Positions 27,564-39,364 of a stretch of DNA of 64,000 nucleotides are shown here, one piece after another. The first letter of the stretch is position 1. The number at the start of each line of letters is the position of its first letter. The translations under genes were made by a program, and so were the position numbers. The DNA comes from an uncultured Clostridium sp. (GTDB lineage: Bacteria; Bacillota; Clostridia; TANB77; CAG-508), in the NCBI GenBank assembly GCA_946500615.1, contig CAMMWP010000003.1:20756-84755 (forward strand), in the 5' to 3' direction. The notes below the pieces were generated by a model that saw only the letters and a list, made by a program, of their open reading frames with translations, was not told the DNA's origin and searched no databases.

Positions 27564-28829
27564 ATGGATAAAGTACAAGATACCATAGACTTGTTAAAAA
27601 TATACAATCAAGAACATGTGATAAAATTATTAGAAACAATGAATAAAGAAGAAAAACAAGCACTCATAGAACAAATTAGTAAAATTGATTTTCACCAATT
27701 GAGAGAATTATATGATAATACCAAAAAAGAAATAGAAATAAAAGAAAATAAAATAGAACCATTGCCATATATGGATAAAAAGAAATTATCAGAAGAACAA
27801 AAAGAAACATTTCAAAAGTTAGGAGAAAACATTTTAAGAGATGGAAAATATGCAGTGGTAACAATGGCAGGTGGTCAAGGAACCAGACTAGGACATCAAG
27901 GTCCAAAAGGAACTTTTAAGCTAGATGTATATGGGAAGGGAAAATATTTATTTGAGATATTAGCAGAAAATCTAAAAGAAGCTAACCAAAAATATGAAAA
28001 AATCATACCATGGTATATCATGACTAGCAAAGAAAATAATGAAGAAACAATAAAATTTATGGAAAAACATAATTATTTTGGCTATGATAAATCATCAGTA
28101 AGATTTTTTACGCAAAGTGAGTTACCATTGTTAGATGTCAATGGAAAATTATTGATAGGAAAAGATAAGAAAATTAAAGAAGCATCTGACGGAAATGGTG
28201 GGACATATGCATCTTTAAGAGCAAGCGGAGCATTAGCTGAAATGAAAGAAAAAGGAATTAAATGGGTGTTTATTGGTGGAGTAGATAATGCTTTGCTAAA
28301 AATGGCTGATACGATTTTGCTAGGGATGGCAATTGATAAGAAAGTACAAATTGCTTCAAAATCCATTGTAAAAGCAGGTCCACATGAGCGAGTTGGTGTA
28401 TTTGGAAAAATGAATGGTCATCCTAAAGTTATCGAATATTCAGAAATGCCAGATAAAATGGCAGAAGAGGTAGATAATGATGGCGAATTAAAATATGGAG
28501 AAGCCCATATTATGTGCAATTTATATACCATAGAAGCAATTGAAAAAATAAGTAAAGAAATCTTAATTTATCATAGTGCTTTTAAGAAAAATACATATAT
28601 AGATGAAAATGGTAAAGAAATAATTCCAACAGAGCCAAATTCATATAAATTTGAATCTTTTATATTTGATGCCTTTGAACTATTTGATGATATTGCCATA
28701 TTACGAGGAAAAAGAGAAGATGACTTTGCACCAGTAAAGAATAAAGAAGGAGTAGATAGTCCGAAAACGGCAAAAGAATTATATGAAAAGTTTTGGAACA
28801 AAAATGTCAATAGGGATGGAGCTTTTTGA
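27564..28829 (+). CDS. UDPGP-family (UAP1-like) UDP-N-acetylhexosamine/UDP-sugar pyrophosphorylase
   Basis: MAGGQGTRLGHQGPKGTF nucleotide-binding loop typical of the eukaryote-type UDPGP family. Confidence 0.8.
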   Translation: MDKVQDTIDLLKIYNQEHVIKLLETMNKEEKQALIEQISKIDFHQLRELYDNTKKEIEIKENKIEPLPYMDKKKLSEEQKETFQKLGENILRDGKYAVVTMAGGQGTRLGHQGPKGTFKLDVYGKGKYLFEILAENLKEANQKYEKIIPWYIMTSKENNEETIKFMEKHNYFGYDKSSVRFFTQSELPLLDVNGKLLIGKDKKIKEASDGNGGTYASLRASGALAEMKEKGIKWVFIGGVDNALLKMADTILLGMAIDKKVQIASKSIVKAGPHERVGVFGKMNGHPKVIEYSEMPDKMAEEVDNDGELKYGEAHIMCNLYTIEAIEKISKEILIYHSAFKKNTYIDENGKEIIPTEPNSYKFESFIFDAFELFDDIAILRGKREDDFAPVKNKEGVDSPKTAKELYEKFWNKNVNRDGAF

Positions 28830-28898
28830 CACATGATTTTTGGACAGAGGAAAACATGTATGTCTTAACTTCAATATTGGTGACTTGGAAAGGAATGG

Positions 28899-29576
28899 AT
28901 GAAGATGGAAGAATGTAAAATAAAAAACTTATATAATCTAGACGAAACAATTGCAAAAAAATTATTAGAAAAAAGTACATATCCATGGGAAGTATTAGCT
29001 AATATAGGGCAATATATATTAGAATTGGGAGAAAAACTAGATAAAAATGATTATGAAAAAGTAAGAGAAAATGTTTGGATTGCCAAAAGTGCAAAAGTAG
29101 CACCAACAGCATATATCAATGGACCTGCCATTATTGGAAAAGATGCAGAGATAAGACATTGTGCATTTATTAGAGGAAATGCGATTGTAGGAGAAGGTGC
29201 AGTTGTCGGAAATTCGACAGAATTAAAAAATGTTATTTTATTTAATAAAGTCCAAGTGCCACATTATAATTATGTTGGAGATTCTATTTTAGGATATAAA
29301 GCACATATGGGTGCAGGCTCTATCACATCTAATGTAAAGTCTGATAAACAATTAGTAATGATTAAAAATGGAACAGAGACAATAGAAACCAATAGAAAGA
29401 AAGTAGGAGCAATGCTTGGAGATAATGTAGAAGTAGGGTGTGGTTCTGTATTAAATCCGGGAACGATTATTGGTAGAAATTCCAATATTTATCCATTGTC
29501 TTCTGTTAGAGGGGTTATTCCAGAAAATAGTATTTATAAAAATAGAAATGAAATTGTTGAAAAACAATGTCAATAG
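28899..29576 (+). CDS. Left-handed beta-helix (hexapeptide) acyltransferase resembling the GlmU C-terminal domain
   Basis: Hexapeptide repeats. HYNYVGDSILGYKAHMGAGSITSNVKSDK resembles the GlmU acetyltransferase active-site region. Confidence 0.7.
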   Translation: MKMEECKIKNLYNLDETIAKKLLEKSTYPWEVLANIGQYILELGEKLDKNDYEKVRENVWIAKSAKVAPTAYINGPAIIGKDAEIRHCAFIRGNAIVGEGAVVGNSTELKNVILFNKVQVPHYNYVGDSILGYKAHMGAGSITSNVKSDKQLVMIKNGTETIETNRKKVGAMLGDNVEVGCGSVLNPGTIIGRNSNIYPLSSVRGVIPENSIYKNRNEIVEKQCQ

Positions 29577-29654
29577 GGGAGAATGCTTTAGTTAAGTACA
29601 CTAAAAAAGATTTTGATTTTCTAACTTTATTTTACATTTTTCAGTGACTATTAA

Positions 29655-30074
29655 AATGAAGATTATATATCATTAACGGACATGCTAAAGTCAAAAGATG
29701 GAGAATTTTTTATATCAGATTGGTTAAGAAATAGAAATATTATTGAATTTTTAGGAATATGGGAAGAATTACACAATCCTAATTTTAATTATGGCGAATT
29801 CGCCATAATTAAAAGTCAAGCAGGTTTAAATAGTTATAAGCTAAGTGTAAAAGAATGGGTTAATAAGACAAATAGTATTGGAATTGTTGCTAAAACTGGT
29901 AGGTATGGTGGAACATATGCTCATAAAGACATTGCTTTTGAGTTTGGGATGTGGATAAGTCCAAAATTTAAATTGCTTTTAATAAAGGAATTTGAAAGAT
30001 TAATAAGATTAAATAAAATTGCAATTTCTCAAATGGAAGTATTAACAGAAACTAATAAAAAAATGATTAAATAA
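29655..30074 (+). pseudogene. 5'-truncated KilA-N-family gene remnant
   Basis: The frame is open from 29655 (NEDYISLTDMLKSKDGEFFISDWLRNRNIIEFLGIWE...GRYGGTYAHKDIAFEFGMWISP) with no N-terminal part and no RBS. It is short for the family. Confidence 0.5.
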
Positions 30075-30478
30075 CATATTGATTTAATATATTTTTTTAA
30101 TCATATATTGTAAAGATAATTGCTCCACTTGTTTTAGGTTCTACTATTGAACTATACTCTTTTACTAAAATAGCAATATATGTCTTTGCATTATCAGTTA
30201 TTCAAATTGTTATTTCTTTACAAATTAGTCCAAATGTAAGTAAAAAAACAAGAAATATAATATGACAACTTTGTTCTACAAAAAGAGAATGATTTTGTAA
30301 ATAGTAGAACATTGAAAAATACATATCATTATTCGAATTAAAATGCAGACCTGTAACCTAGTTGTAACATTTTTTATAAAGGATTTTTAAAAATTCCTTT
30401 ATTTTTTTTTGCAAATTGTATATAATAAGAAAAAATAATTTGTTCTATTCTTTGCTCTAATGATTAAGTAAGGGCTAG

Positions 30479-32515
<2,037 letters not shown>

Positions 32516-32527
32516 TAGGAGGAAAAA

Positions 32528-32776
32528 ATGGACAAAAACTATACATTTGAGATGATGTGGGAGGATTTAGACGATGGATATCAAATTTATTATACGTATG
32601 TAAGAAATCGTTATTTGTTATTCAAAACAGCACCAAATTGCTATACACAAAAATTGTTATCTACGAACCCGAAAAACCCGCAACCTAAAATGACGATGCT
32701 AACTCTGAAAAGGGTAAAAGAAATGTTTCCACACATGGAAGATATTGAATATCGTATAGGCATATCTGATGAATAA
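32528..32776 (+). CDS. Small hypothetical protein (82 aa)
   Basis: AGGAGG RBS 12 nt after the ligA stop. Confidence 0.4.
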   Translation: MDKNYTFEMMWEDLDDGYQIYYTYVRNRYLLFKTAPNCYTQKLLSTNPKNPQPKMTMLTLKRVKEMFPHMEDIEYRIGISDE

Positions 32777-32871
32777 AGTTAAAATGTTAATTCACATACA
32801 ATTCACATTTCAAGCAAAAAATATACATATATAGAGAGTATATTAATAATCATAAACATCCCCTTTTTTTC

Positions 32872-32916
32872 AAAAGCTATTCTGTTAAATAGAATAAAAA
32901 AACAGAATAGCTTTTT
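32872..32916 (+). terminator. Rho-independent terminator
   Basis: 15-bp stem aaaagctattctgtt/aacagaatagctttt followed by a T run. Confidence 0.7.
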
Positions 32917-32927
32917 GTTATTTTTTA

Positions 32928-32956
32928 TTGCAAAAAAAAAAGTATTAGTATATAAT
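32928..32956 (+). promoter_or_regulatory. Candidate sigma-A promoter of folD
   Basis: TTGCAA - 17 nt - TATAAT. Confidence 0.55.
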
Positions 32957-33013
32957 CAGTTGAGTAAACAAAGAAAGGAGATATAGAGACAAATACTCTA
33001 TAAAATAGAAACA

Positions 33014-33862
33014 ATGGCAGTAATTATAGATGGAAAAGAATTATCAAAAAAAGTAAGAGAAAATTTAAAAATAGAATGTGAAAATTTAAGAAAAAAGGGA
33101 ATTATACCAAAATTTGCAGTGATTATGGTAGGAAATGATCCAGCTTCAAAAGTATATGTAAAAACAAAAAGCAAGGCATGTAACGAAATTGGAGTAGAAT
33201 ATGAAGAACATATTTTAAATGAAAACATAACACAAAAAGAGCTTATTGCATTAATACACAAATTAAATGAAGATAAATCTGTTAATGGTATCTTATTACA
33301 AAGTCCTATTCCAAAACATTTAGATATAGATGAAGCATTTAGAGAGATTTCTCATGAAAAAGATGTAGATGGATTTAATCCCGTAAATGTAGGAAAATTA
33401 TTATTAAACCAAGATACATTCGTATCATGTACACCATATGGAATTATGAAAATGTTTGAGGAATATAATATAGATTTAGAAGGAAAAAATTTAGTCATTA
33501 TTGGAAGAAGCAATATTGTAGGAAAACCATTGATGGCATGTTGCTTGAACAAACATGCAACAGTAACGATTTGTCATTCAAGAACAAAAGATCTAAAAGA
33601 AAAAACAAGAAATGCAGATATATTAGTAGCTGCTATTGGAAAACCAAACTATGTAACAGCTGATATGATAAAAGAAGGTGCAGTTGTAATCGATGTTGGA
33701 ATTAATAGAGGAGAAGATAAAAAGATAACAGGTGATGTGGATTTTGAAAATGTAAAAGAAAAAGCAAGCTATATTACGCCAGTTCCGGGGGGAGTAGGAC
33801 CAATGACAGTGGCTATGCTTATGAATAATGTGATTAAAGCAACAATGAATCAAAATAGATAA
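33014..33862 (+). CDS. folD: Bifunctional methylene-THF dehydrogenase/methenyl-THF cyclohydrolase
   Basis: AVIMVGNDPASKVYV, DVDGFNPVN, GRSNIVGKP, ITPVPGGVGPMT. Confidence 0.93.
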   Translation: MAVIIDGKELSKKVRENLKIECENLRKKGIIPKFAVIMVGNDPASKVYVKTKSKACNEIGVEYEEHILNENITQKELIALIHKLNEDKSVNGILLQSPIPKHLDIDEAFREISHEKDVDGFNPVNVGKLLLNQDTFVSCTPYGIMKMFEEYNIDLEGKNLVIIGRSNIVGKPLMACCLNKHATVTICHSRTKDLKEKTRNADILVAAIGKPNYVTADMIKEGAVVIDVGINRGEDKKITGDVDFENVKEKASYITPVPGGVGPMTVAMLMNNVIKATMNQNR

Positions 33863-33870
33863 AAATGGGG

Positions 33871-33893
33871 GCACTTTTTAAAAGTGCTTTTTT
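33871..33893 (+). terminator. Terminator after folD
   Basis: gcacttt-tta-aaagtgc followed by 6 T. Confidence 0.7.
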
Positions 33894-34059
33894 CTTGAAT
33901 AGGAAAAATCGAGTTTTTCCTATTCAAGAACATCGCTTCGCTCTAATGATTGCACACAAATTTTACTTACGTAAAATTTGGCGCCGAACAATAACGCGGG
34001 CTTTAAAATGTTGTAGACAGAGAAAATGTTACCCGCTATTGTTCTAACATCAATCATTG
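33894..34059. repeat. Mosaic intergenic repeat (same modules as 14663-14823 and 25483-25756)
   Basis: aataggaaaaatcgag..cctatt hairpin, cgcttcgctctaatgattgcacacaaattttacttacgtaaaatttggcgc, gaacaata..cgggc...cccgctattgttc. Confidence 0.6.
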
Positions 34060-34085
34060 TATCATAATAGGGAAAGGAGAAAAAC

Positions 34086-34955
34086 ATTAACAATTTAGAG
34101 AATAAAAAATATTGGATATGGTTATCATTAATAGAAAAGTTAGGACCTAAACACAAACATAAATTATTAGAAATATATAAAACACCTAAAAACATATACA
34201 ATTTGAAAAAACAAGAAATTATAAAGATAAAGGGATTTAATGAAATACTAGCTAATAATATATTAGATAAAGGAAAAAGAGAAAATTTAGGAACATACAT
34301 AGAAAATATGCAAAAACAAGCAGTTGACATAGTAACTATAGAGGATGAGGAATACCCGCAAATATTAAAGAATATATATGATTATCCTGTATCATTATAT
34401 TGTAAAGGAAACAAAAACATTTTAAATGAAATATCATTTGGAATAATTGGGTGTAGAGAAGCAAGTTCATATGGTATCAAGGCAGCACAATATTTTTCAT
34501 ATCATTTGGCACAAAAAGGAAGTAATGTTATCAGTGGATTAGCAAAAGGAATAGATAGTTATGCACATATAGGCGCTTTGAAGGCAAATGGAAAAACAAT
34601 AGGTGTTATAGGATGTGGATTAGATATCATTTACCCAAAGGAAAATCAGTATGTATATGAAAAAATACTAAAACAAAATGGTGCGATCGTATCGGAATAT
34701 CCATTAGGAGAAGAAGTTAAAAAAATGCATTTTCCTCAAAGAAATAGAATTATCAGTGGAATTAGCAAAGGAATTATTGTTATTGAAGCCAAAAAGAAGA
34801 GTGGAACTTTGATAACGGTAGATTTTGCATTGGAACAAGGAAAAGATGTTTATGTGGTTCCGGGAAATATTAATTCTATCAATTCTGTTGGTACAAATAA
34901 TTTAATAAAACAAGGTGCAAAAATTGTAACAACTGTTGAAGATATAGATTTTTGA
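34086..34955 (+). CDS. dprA: DNA processing protein DprA
   Basis: Rossmann-type DprA core (GCREASSYG, SGLAKGIDS.AH, YPKEN, FPQRNRIISG). The frame is open from 34071 and encodes the expected N-terminal helical region (WIWLSLIEKLGPK). There is no in-frame ATG. ATT at 34086 follows GGAGA, and the ORF track uses TTG at 34203. Confidence 0.75.
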   Translation: MNNLENKKYWIWLSLIEKLGPKHKHKLLEIYKTPKNIYNLKKQEIIKIKGFNEILANNILDKGKRENLGTYIENMQKQAVDIVTIEDEEYPQILKNIYDYPVSLYCKGNKNILNEISFGIIGCREASSYGIKAAQYFSYHLAQKGSNVISGLAKGIDSYAHIGALKANGKTIGVIGCGLDIIYPKENQYVYEKILKQNGAIVSEYPLGEEVKKMHFPQRNRIISGISKGIIVIEAKKKSGTLITVDFALEQGKDVYVVPGNINSINSVGTNNLIKQGAKIVTTVEDIDF

Positions 34956-35103
34956 GTTAATGGTAAAATATACCATATGCTCTACCACTAGATATAAGAA
35001 TTATAACAGGTGCTAATGTTTTCAGAAGAAATTCACATTATGAATATTTACTTATTATCATGTAAATGATATAATAACAAAAATATAAAAATAGGAGAGA
35101 ATA

Positions 35104-35778
35104 ATGACAAGAGTAAAATTAAAAGATAGAATATTGCCTCAATATACAAAAGGGGAAGAAATATTTAATATGACATCCCATATTGTAGGTGCAGTTTTGG
35201 GGATAGTGGCAACTGTATTGTGTATCGTTTTCTCTGCAATTCACGGAAATGGTTATGGTGTCGTTAGTGGATCTATTTATGGTATCACAATGATTATATT
35301 ATATACCATGTCTAGTATTTATCATGGATTAAGTCCTAAAAGATATTCTAAAAGAGTATTTCAAGTATTAGACCACTGTTCTATTTTTTTACTAATTGCA
35401 GGATCCTATACGCCTTTTGCATTATGCACTTTGAGAGAATATGATACAGCAACAGGATGGACAATATTTGGAATTATATGGGCGATGGCAATATTAGGAA
35501 TTGTTTTAAATTCTATAGATATAAAAGCATATAAGAAATTTTCAATGATATGCTATTTAGTTATGGGATGGTGTATCGTGATAAAAATCAATTTATTACC
35601 TCAATTACTAGGAATAGCAGGATTTAGCTTGTTGTTAATTGGAGGAGTGGCATATTCTATAGGAGCCATATTATATGGTGTTGGAAAAAAACATAAATGG
35701 ATGCATTCTGTTTTTCACATGTTTATATTGCTAGGAAGTCTATTGCAATTTTTCTGTATATTATTATATGTTATGTAA
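35104..35778 (+). CDS. Hemolysin III / PAQR-family membrane protein
   Basis: 7 TM helices with the family His/Asp motifs (SSIYH, LDH, HxxxH-like HSVFH). Confidence 0.85.
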   Translation: MTRVKLKDRILPQYTKGEEIFNMTSHIVGAVLGIVATVLCIVFSAIHGNGYGVVSGSIYGITMIILYTMSSIYHGLSPKRYSKRVFQVLDHCSIFLLIAGSYTPFALCTLREYDTATGWTIFGIIWAMAILGIVLNSIDIKAYKKFSMICYLVMGWCIVIKINLLPQLLGIAGFSLLLIGGVAYSIGAILYGVGKKHKWMHSVFHMFILLGSLLQFFCILLYVM

Positions 35779-35989
35779 AAAAAAAGAAGGTTTTAAAACC
35801 TTCTAAGCACTCACAAATATAAATATATTTTAGCATAAAAGGACAGAAAAATCAAATTAAAAAAATTAAAAGAAAAAGAGAATATACATGAAAAAATGAG
35901 ATATAATTATATAGAGAAAGAAAAAGAATCTTTTAAAAAGAAATTTTTATTTGTAAAAAGTAATTAAATATGTTACTATATAAATAATC

Positions 35990-36203
35990 TAATAAAGTTT
36001 GCAAATCCCTGCATAGTACGTAAGAGCATAATTTTTAGAACCAACAAATTATAAGAGGGGCCAATCTCTCAAATATGGCGTGCAAGCTCACATCAAATAG
36101 TGAGAAGCCCATGAATATTTAGGTAGGCACCCACCTGTTTTTAGGAGCAGGTCCTTAAAAATTAGAAGGCTGACGGCTAAGGCGGGGCTTTTAAATTTTA
36201 TAA
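35990..36203 (+). ncRNA. Candidate rod-shaped sRNA, possibly 6S-like
   Basis: The 5' segment ataaagtttg-c-aaatccctgc pairs with the 3' segment gcggggcttt-taaattttat (about 20 bp including GU pairs). Further internal helices and an apical hairpin ctcac/gtgag are present. Candidate promoter TTGTAA-17-TACTAT at 35951-35979, terminator at 36233-36258. No ORF. Confidence 0.35.
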
Positions 36204-36232
36204 ATAGAGAAGTATAAAAAGCTCACTAACAA

Positions 36233-36258
36233 AATAGCAAGATTTTCTTGCTATTTTT
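36233..36258 (+). terminator. Rho-independent terminator upstream of prmC
   Basis: aatagcaag/cttgctatt stem followed by a T run. Confidence 0.7.
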
Positions 36259-36301
36259 ATGTTAATAGTATAAAATGAACAAAAGAAAGAAGGTGTATCA
36301 T

Positions 36302-37147
36302 ATGACAATCAAACAAGCCATGATAAAAGGAATAACCTTATTGAAATTAGAAAAAGTGTCAACACCAAAACTAAAAGCAAGGTTATTGTTACAATATGTA
36401 CTAAAGAAGCCAAGACAATATTTAATTGTATATGATAACCAAAAATTAACCGATCAAGAAGAGCAAGACTATTTAAAATATATAGAACAACTAAAGCAAG
36501 GAGAACCAATCGAACATATTACACATCAAAAGGAATTCATGAAATTGAATTTTTATGTAGATGAAAATGTATTAATACCAAGACAAGACACAGAAATATT
36601 AGTAGAAGAAGCAATAAAAATAGCAAAAAAAATAAAGGCAAAAAAAATACTAGACTTATGCACAGGAAGTGGTGCGATTGCAATCTCTTTAGCAAAATAT
36701 TTAGAAAATGTAGACTTAACAGCTTTAGATATCAGTGGAAAGGCGTTAGATGTAGCAATTTCCAATGCAAAAAATAATCATGTGCAAGATAAAATTACAT
36801 TTATAGAATCTAATCTTTTTCAAAATTTAGGAAAACAAAAATATGACATGATTGTATCAAATCCTCCATATATAAAAAGAAAAGAGCTAGAAACATTAGA
36901 TAAAGAAGTAAAAAAAGAACCCAAATTGGCATTGGATGGAGGGGAAGATGGATTAGCATTTTATAGAACAATCATAGAGCAAGGATATGAATATTTAAAA
37001 TATGGTGGATATATTTGTTTAGAAATTGGATATGACCAAAAAGAAGAAGTTATGCAAATGATAGAAGGCAAAAAACAATATATGGGAACATATTGTAAAA
37101 AAGATTTATATGATAATGACAGGGTAATTGTAACAAAATTAGGATAG
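36302..37147 (+). CDS. prmC: Release-factor glutamine N5-methyltransferase
   Basis: DLCTGSGAI SAM motif and NPPY catalytic motif. ATG at 36302 follows GAAGGTG. Confidence 0.88.
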   Translation: MTIKQAMIKGITLLKLEKVSTPKLKARLLLQYVLKKPRQYLIVYDNQKLTDQEEQDYLKYIEQLKQGEPIEHITHQKEFMKLNFYVDENVLIPRQDTEILVEEAIKIAKKIKAKKILDLCTGSGAIAISLAKYLENVDLTALDISGKALDVAISNAKNNHVQDKITFIESNLFQNLGKQKYDMIVSNPPYIKRKELETLDKEVKKEPKLALDGGEDGLAFYRTIIEQGYEYLKYGGYICLEIGYDQKEEVMQMIEGKKQYMGTYCKKDLYDNDRVIVTKLG

Positions 37148-37201
37148 ATTTACATAGAGTTGACCGATTTGGCTGTCCCAAACGGACTGGAAGGAGGATA
37201 C

Positions 37202-38101
37202 ATGTCTTTTTCATCAGATATAAAACAAGAATTAAATAAAACAAATAGTTTAGCGAATAAAGAAAATGTGAAATTTGAGTTGATAGGATATTGTATTTCT
37301 GGAAATACGTCTGTTGTAAAAGGAAAAAATATTAAATTTTCAACAGAAAGTGATTATAATATTAATCGATTTTCAAAATTGTTATCAAATTTAGAAATAA
37401 ATCATGATATAGATGTGAATGGAAAAAACTTTAATATTGTGACAAAAGGATTAAATATCGATAAAGTGACATTTTTAGAAATACGAGAAGAGGAACTATT
37501 TTTAAAAAATGAAATAAAAGATATAGGAATGGATGGGAAAATAGAAGAAAGAAAAAGAGCTTTCATTAGAGGTAGTTTCTTAGGTGCTGGTTCAGTAAAT
37601 AACCCAGAAAATTCTTATCATCTAGAAATTGTCATATCAAATCAACATAATTTAAAAATATTACAAGAGATACTACATGAATTTGACATACAATGTAAAG
37701 AATTGATGACTCAAAATCGATATTCTCTATATATTAAAGACGGAGAAGAGATTTCAAAATTGTTGGCATTAATCGGTGCCAATAAAGCAGTGATGAAATT
37801 TGAAGAAATTAGAATCCAGAAAGAAATGCGTGGGAAAGTGAATCGAATTGTCAATTGCGAAACAGCTAATTTAAATAAAACGATTAATGCAGCAATTGAG
37901 CAAATTGCTGCGATTGAAAAATTACAAAAGGAAGGAAGATTTAGCAAGCTAGATGATAATTTAAGAGAAATTGCAACTTTAAGGCTGAAAAATCCAGATA
38001 TTTCATTAGTAGCGTTAGGAAAGTTGTTAAAAGAGCCTTTAGGAAAATCGGGTGTAAATTACAGATTAAAGAAAATAGTGGAGATAGCAAATGGAAAATA
38101 G
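37202..38101 (+). CDS. whiA: DNA-binding protein WhiA
   Basis: Typical N-terminus MSFSSDIKQEL, LAGLIDADG-like middle domain, C-terminal HTH. ATG at 37202 follows GGAGGA. Confidence 0.9.
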   Translation: MSFSSDIKQELNKTNSLANKENVKFELIGYCISGNTSVVKGKNIKFSTESDYNINRFSKLLSNLEINHDIDVNGKNFNIVTKGLNIDKVTFLEIREEELFLKNEIKDIGMDGKIEERKRAFIRGSFLGAGSVNNPENSYHLEIVISNQHNLKILQEILHEFDIQCKELMTQNRYSLYIKDGEEISKLLALIGANKAVMKFEEIRIQKEMRGKVNRIVNCETANLNKTINAAIEQIAAIEKLQKEGRFSKLDDNLREIATLRLKNPDISLVALGKLLKEPLGKSGVNYRLKKIVEIANGK

Positions 38102-39344
38102 GGAACTAGGAATCTATATCCATATACCTTTTTGTCAGCATAAATGTGATTATTGTGATTTTGTTTCTTTTTCAGATAAACAAACATACATAAAAAGCTA
38201 TATGGAAGCAGTAAAAAAGGAAATTCAAAATTATTTTAATAATAAAGAAATGTTAGAAAACTATACGATCACAACAATTTATATAGGTGGTGGAACACCA
38301 TCTTATATTGATAGTCAATACATTTTAGAAATGATGAAACTATTGGAAAGTAAACTAAAAGAGAATAAAATAAAAATAGAAGATATGGAAATTACTATAG
38401 AAGTAAATCCGGGAACAGTCAATAAAGAGAAATTGGAACAATATAGAAAAGCAAAAATTAATCGACTAAGTATTGGTTTACAAAGTGCTACAAATACAAT
38501 GCTAAAACAAATTGGAAGAATTCATACATTTGAACAATTTTTAAAAACATATCAACTGGCAAAAGAGGTTGGATTTGAAAATATAAACGTAGATTTGATG
38601 ATAGGGTTACCAAACCAAACGATAGCGGATATAAAAAGAAGCTTAAAAGAAGTGATACAATTAGAACCGACACATATAAGTGTATATTCGTTAATAATAG
38701 AAGAAAATACTAAGATAGCACAAAAGATAGAAAAGCATGAATTACAAGAAATAGACGAAGAATTGGAACGCAATATGTATTGGTATGTTAAAAATACATT
38801 AGAATTAAATGGATATGTACATTATGAAATCTCTAATTTTGCAAAAAAAGGCAAAGAATCAAAACATAATATGAATTGTTGGAAACAAAAAGAATATATA
38901 GGAATGGGACTATCTGCTCATTCATATCTAAATTATGTGAGATATACCAATACTTCAGAAATGGAACAATATATTGCTCAAATGAATCAATTAGAGGGAC
39001 AAGCTGTAAAAGATATATTAGATTTAGTGGAAAAGGAGGATATGTCGGAAAAAACAGATATAAAAGAAAATTTAATCTCTCATATACAAAATGTATATGA
39101 GATAGAAGAAATACAAAGTATAGAAGACAGAAAAAGAGAATACATGTTATTAGGATTGAGAACAATGGAAGGTGTATCAATAGCTAATTTTAAAGAAAAA
39201 TATATGGATAATCCGATATTTCTATTCAGAAAAGAGTTACAAACATTAGTTGAAGAAAAATTGCTTATAATAGATGGAGATTATATAAGACTTACGAATA
39301 AAGGTTTAGATTTGGCAAATCTAGTATGGGAAGCGTTTGTTTGA
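38091..39344 (+). CDS. hemW: Radical SAM heme chaperone HemW (HemN-like)
   Basis: YIHIPFCQHKCDYCDF cluster motif, GGGTPS, HemN_C-type C-terminus. Confidence 0.88.
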   Translation: MENRELGIYIHIPFCQHKCDYCDFVSFSDKQTYIKSYMEAVKKEIQNYFNNKEMLENYTITTIYIGGGTPSYIDSQYILEMMKLLESKLKENKIKIEDMEITIEVNPGTVNKEKLEQYRKAKINRLSIGLQSATNTMLKQIGRIHTFEQFLKTYQLAKEVGFENINVDLMIGLPNQTIADIKRSLKEVIQLEPTHISVYSLIIEENTKIAQKIEKHELQEIDEELERNMYWYVKNTLELNGYVHYEISNFAKKGKESKHNMNCWKQKEYIGMGLSAHSYLNYVRYTNTSEMEQYIAQMNQLEGQAVKDILDLVEKEDMSEKTDIKENLISHIQNVYEIEEIQSIEDRKREYMLLGLRTMEGVSIANFKEKYMDNPIFLFRKELQTLVEEKLLIIDGDYIRLTNKGLDLANLVWEAFV

Positions 39345-39364
39345 GTTTTAAGGATAGTCCTTAA

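Noticed and set aside
33865-34330. ORFs 33865-34047 (+) and 33920-34330 (-)
   Set aside because: They lie in the mosaic repeat or antisense to the dprA N-terminal region. They have low-complexity shadow-frame composition.
35990-36203. SRP (4.5S/scRNA) identity for the candidate sRNA
   Set aside because: It contains caggtcc but lacks the conserved GGAA tetraloop and the flanking AGCA/GGAAGCAGC helix-8 motif.
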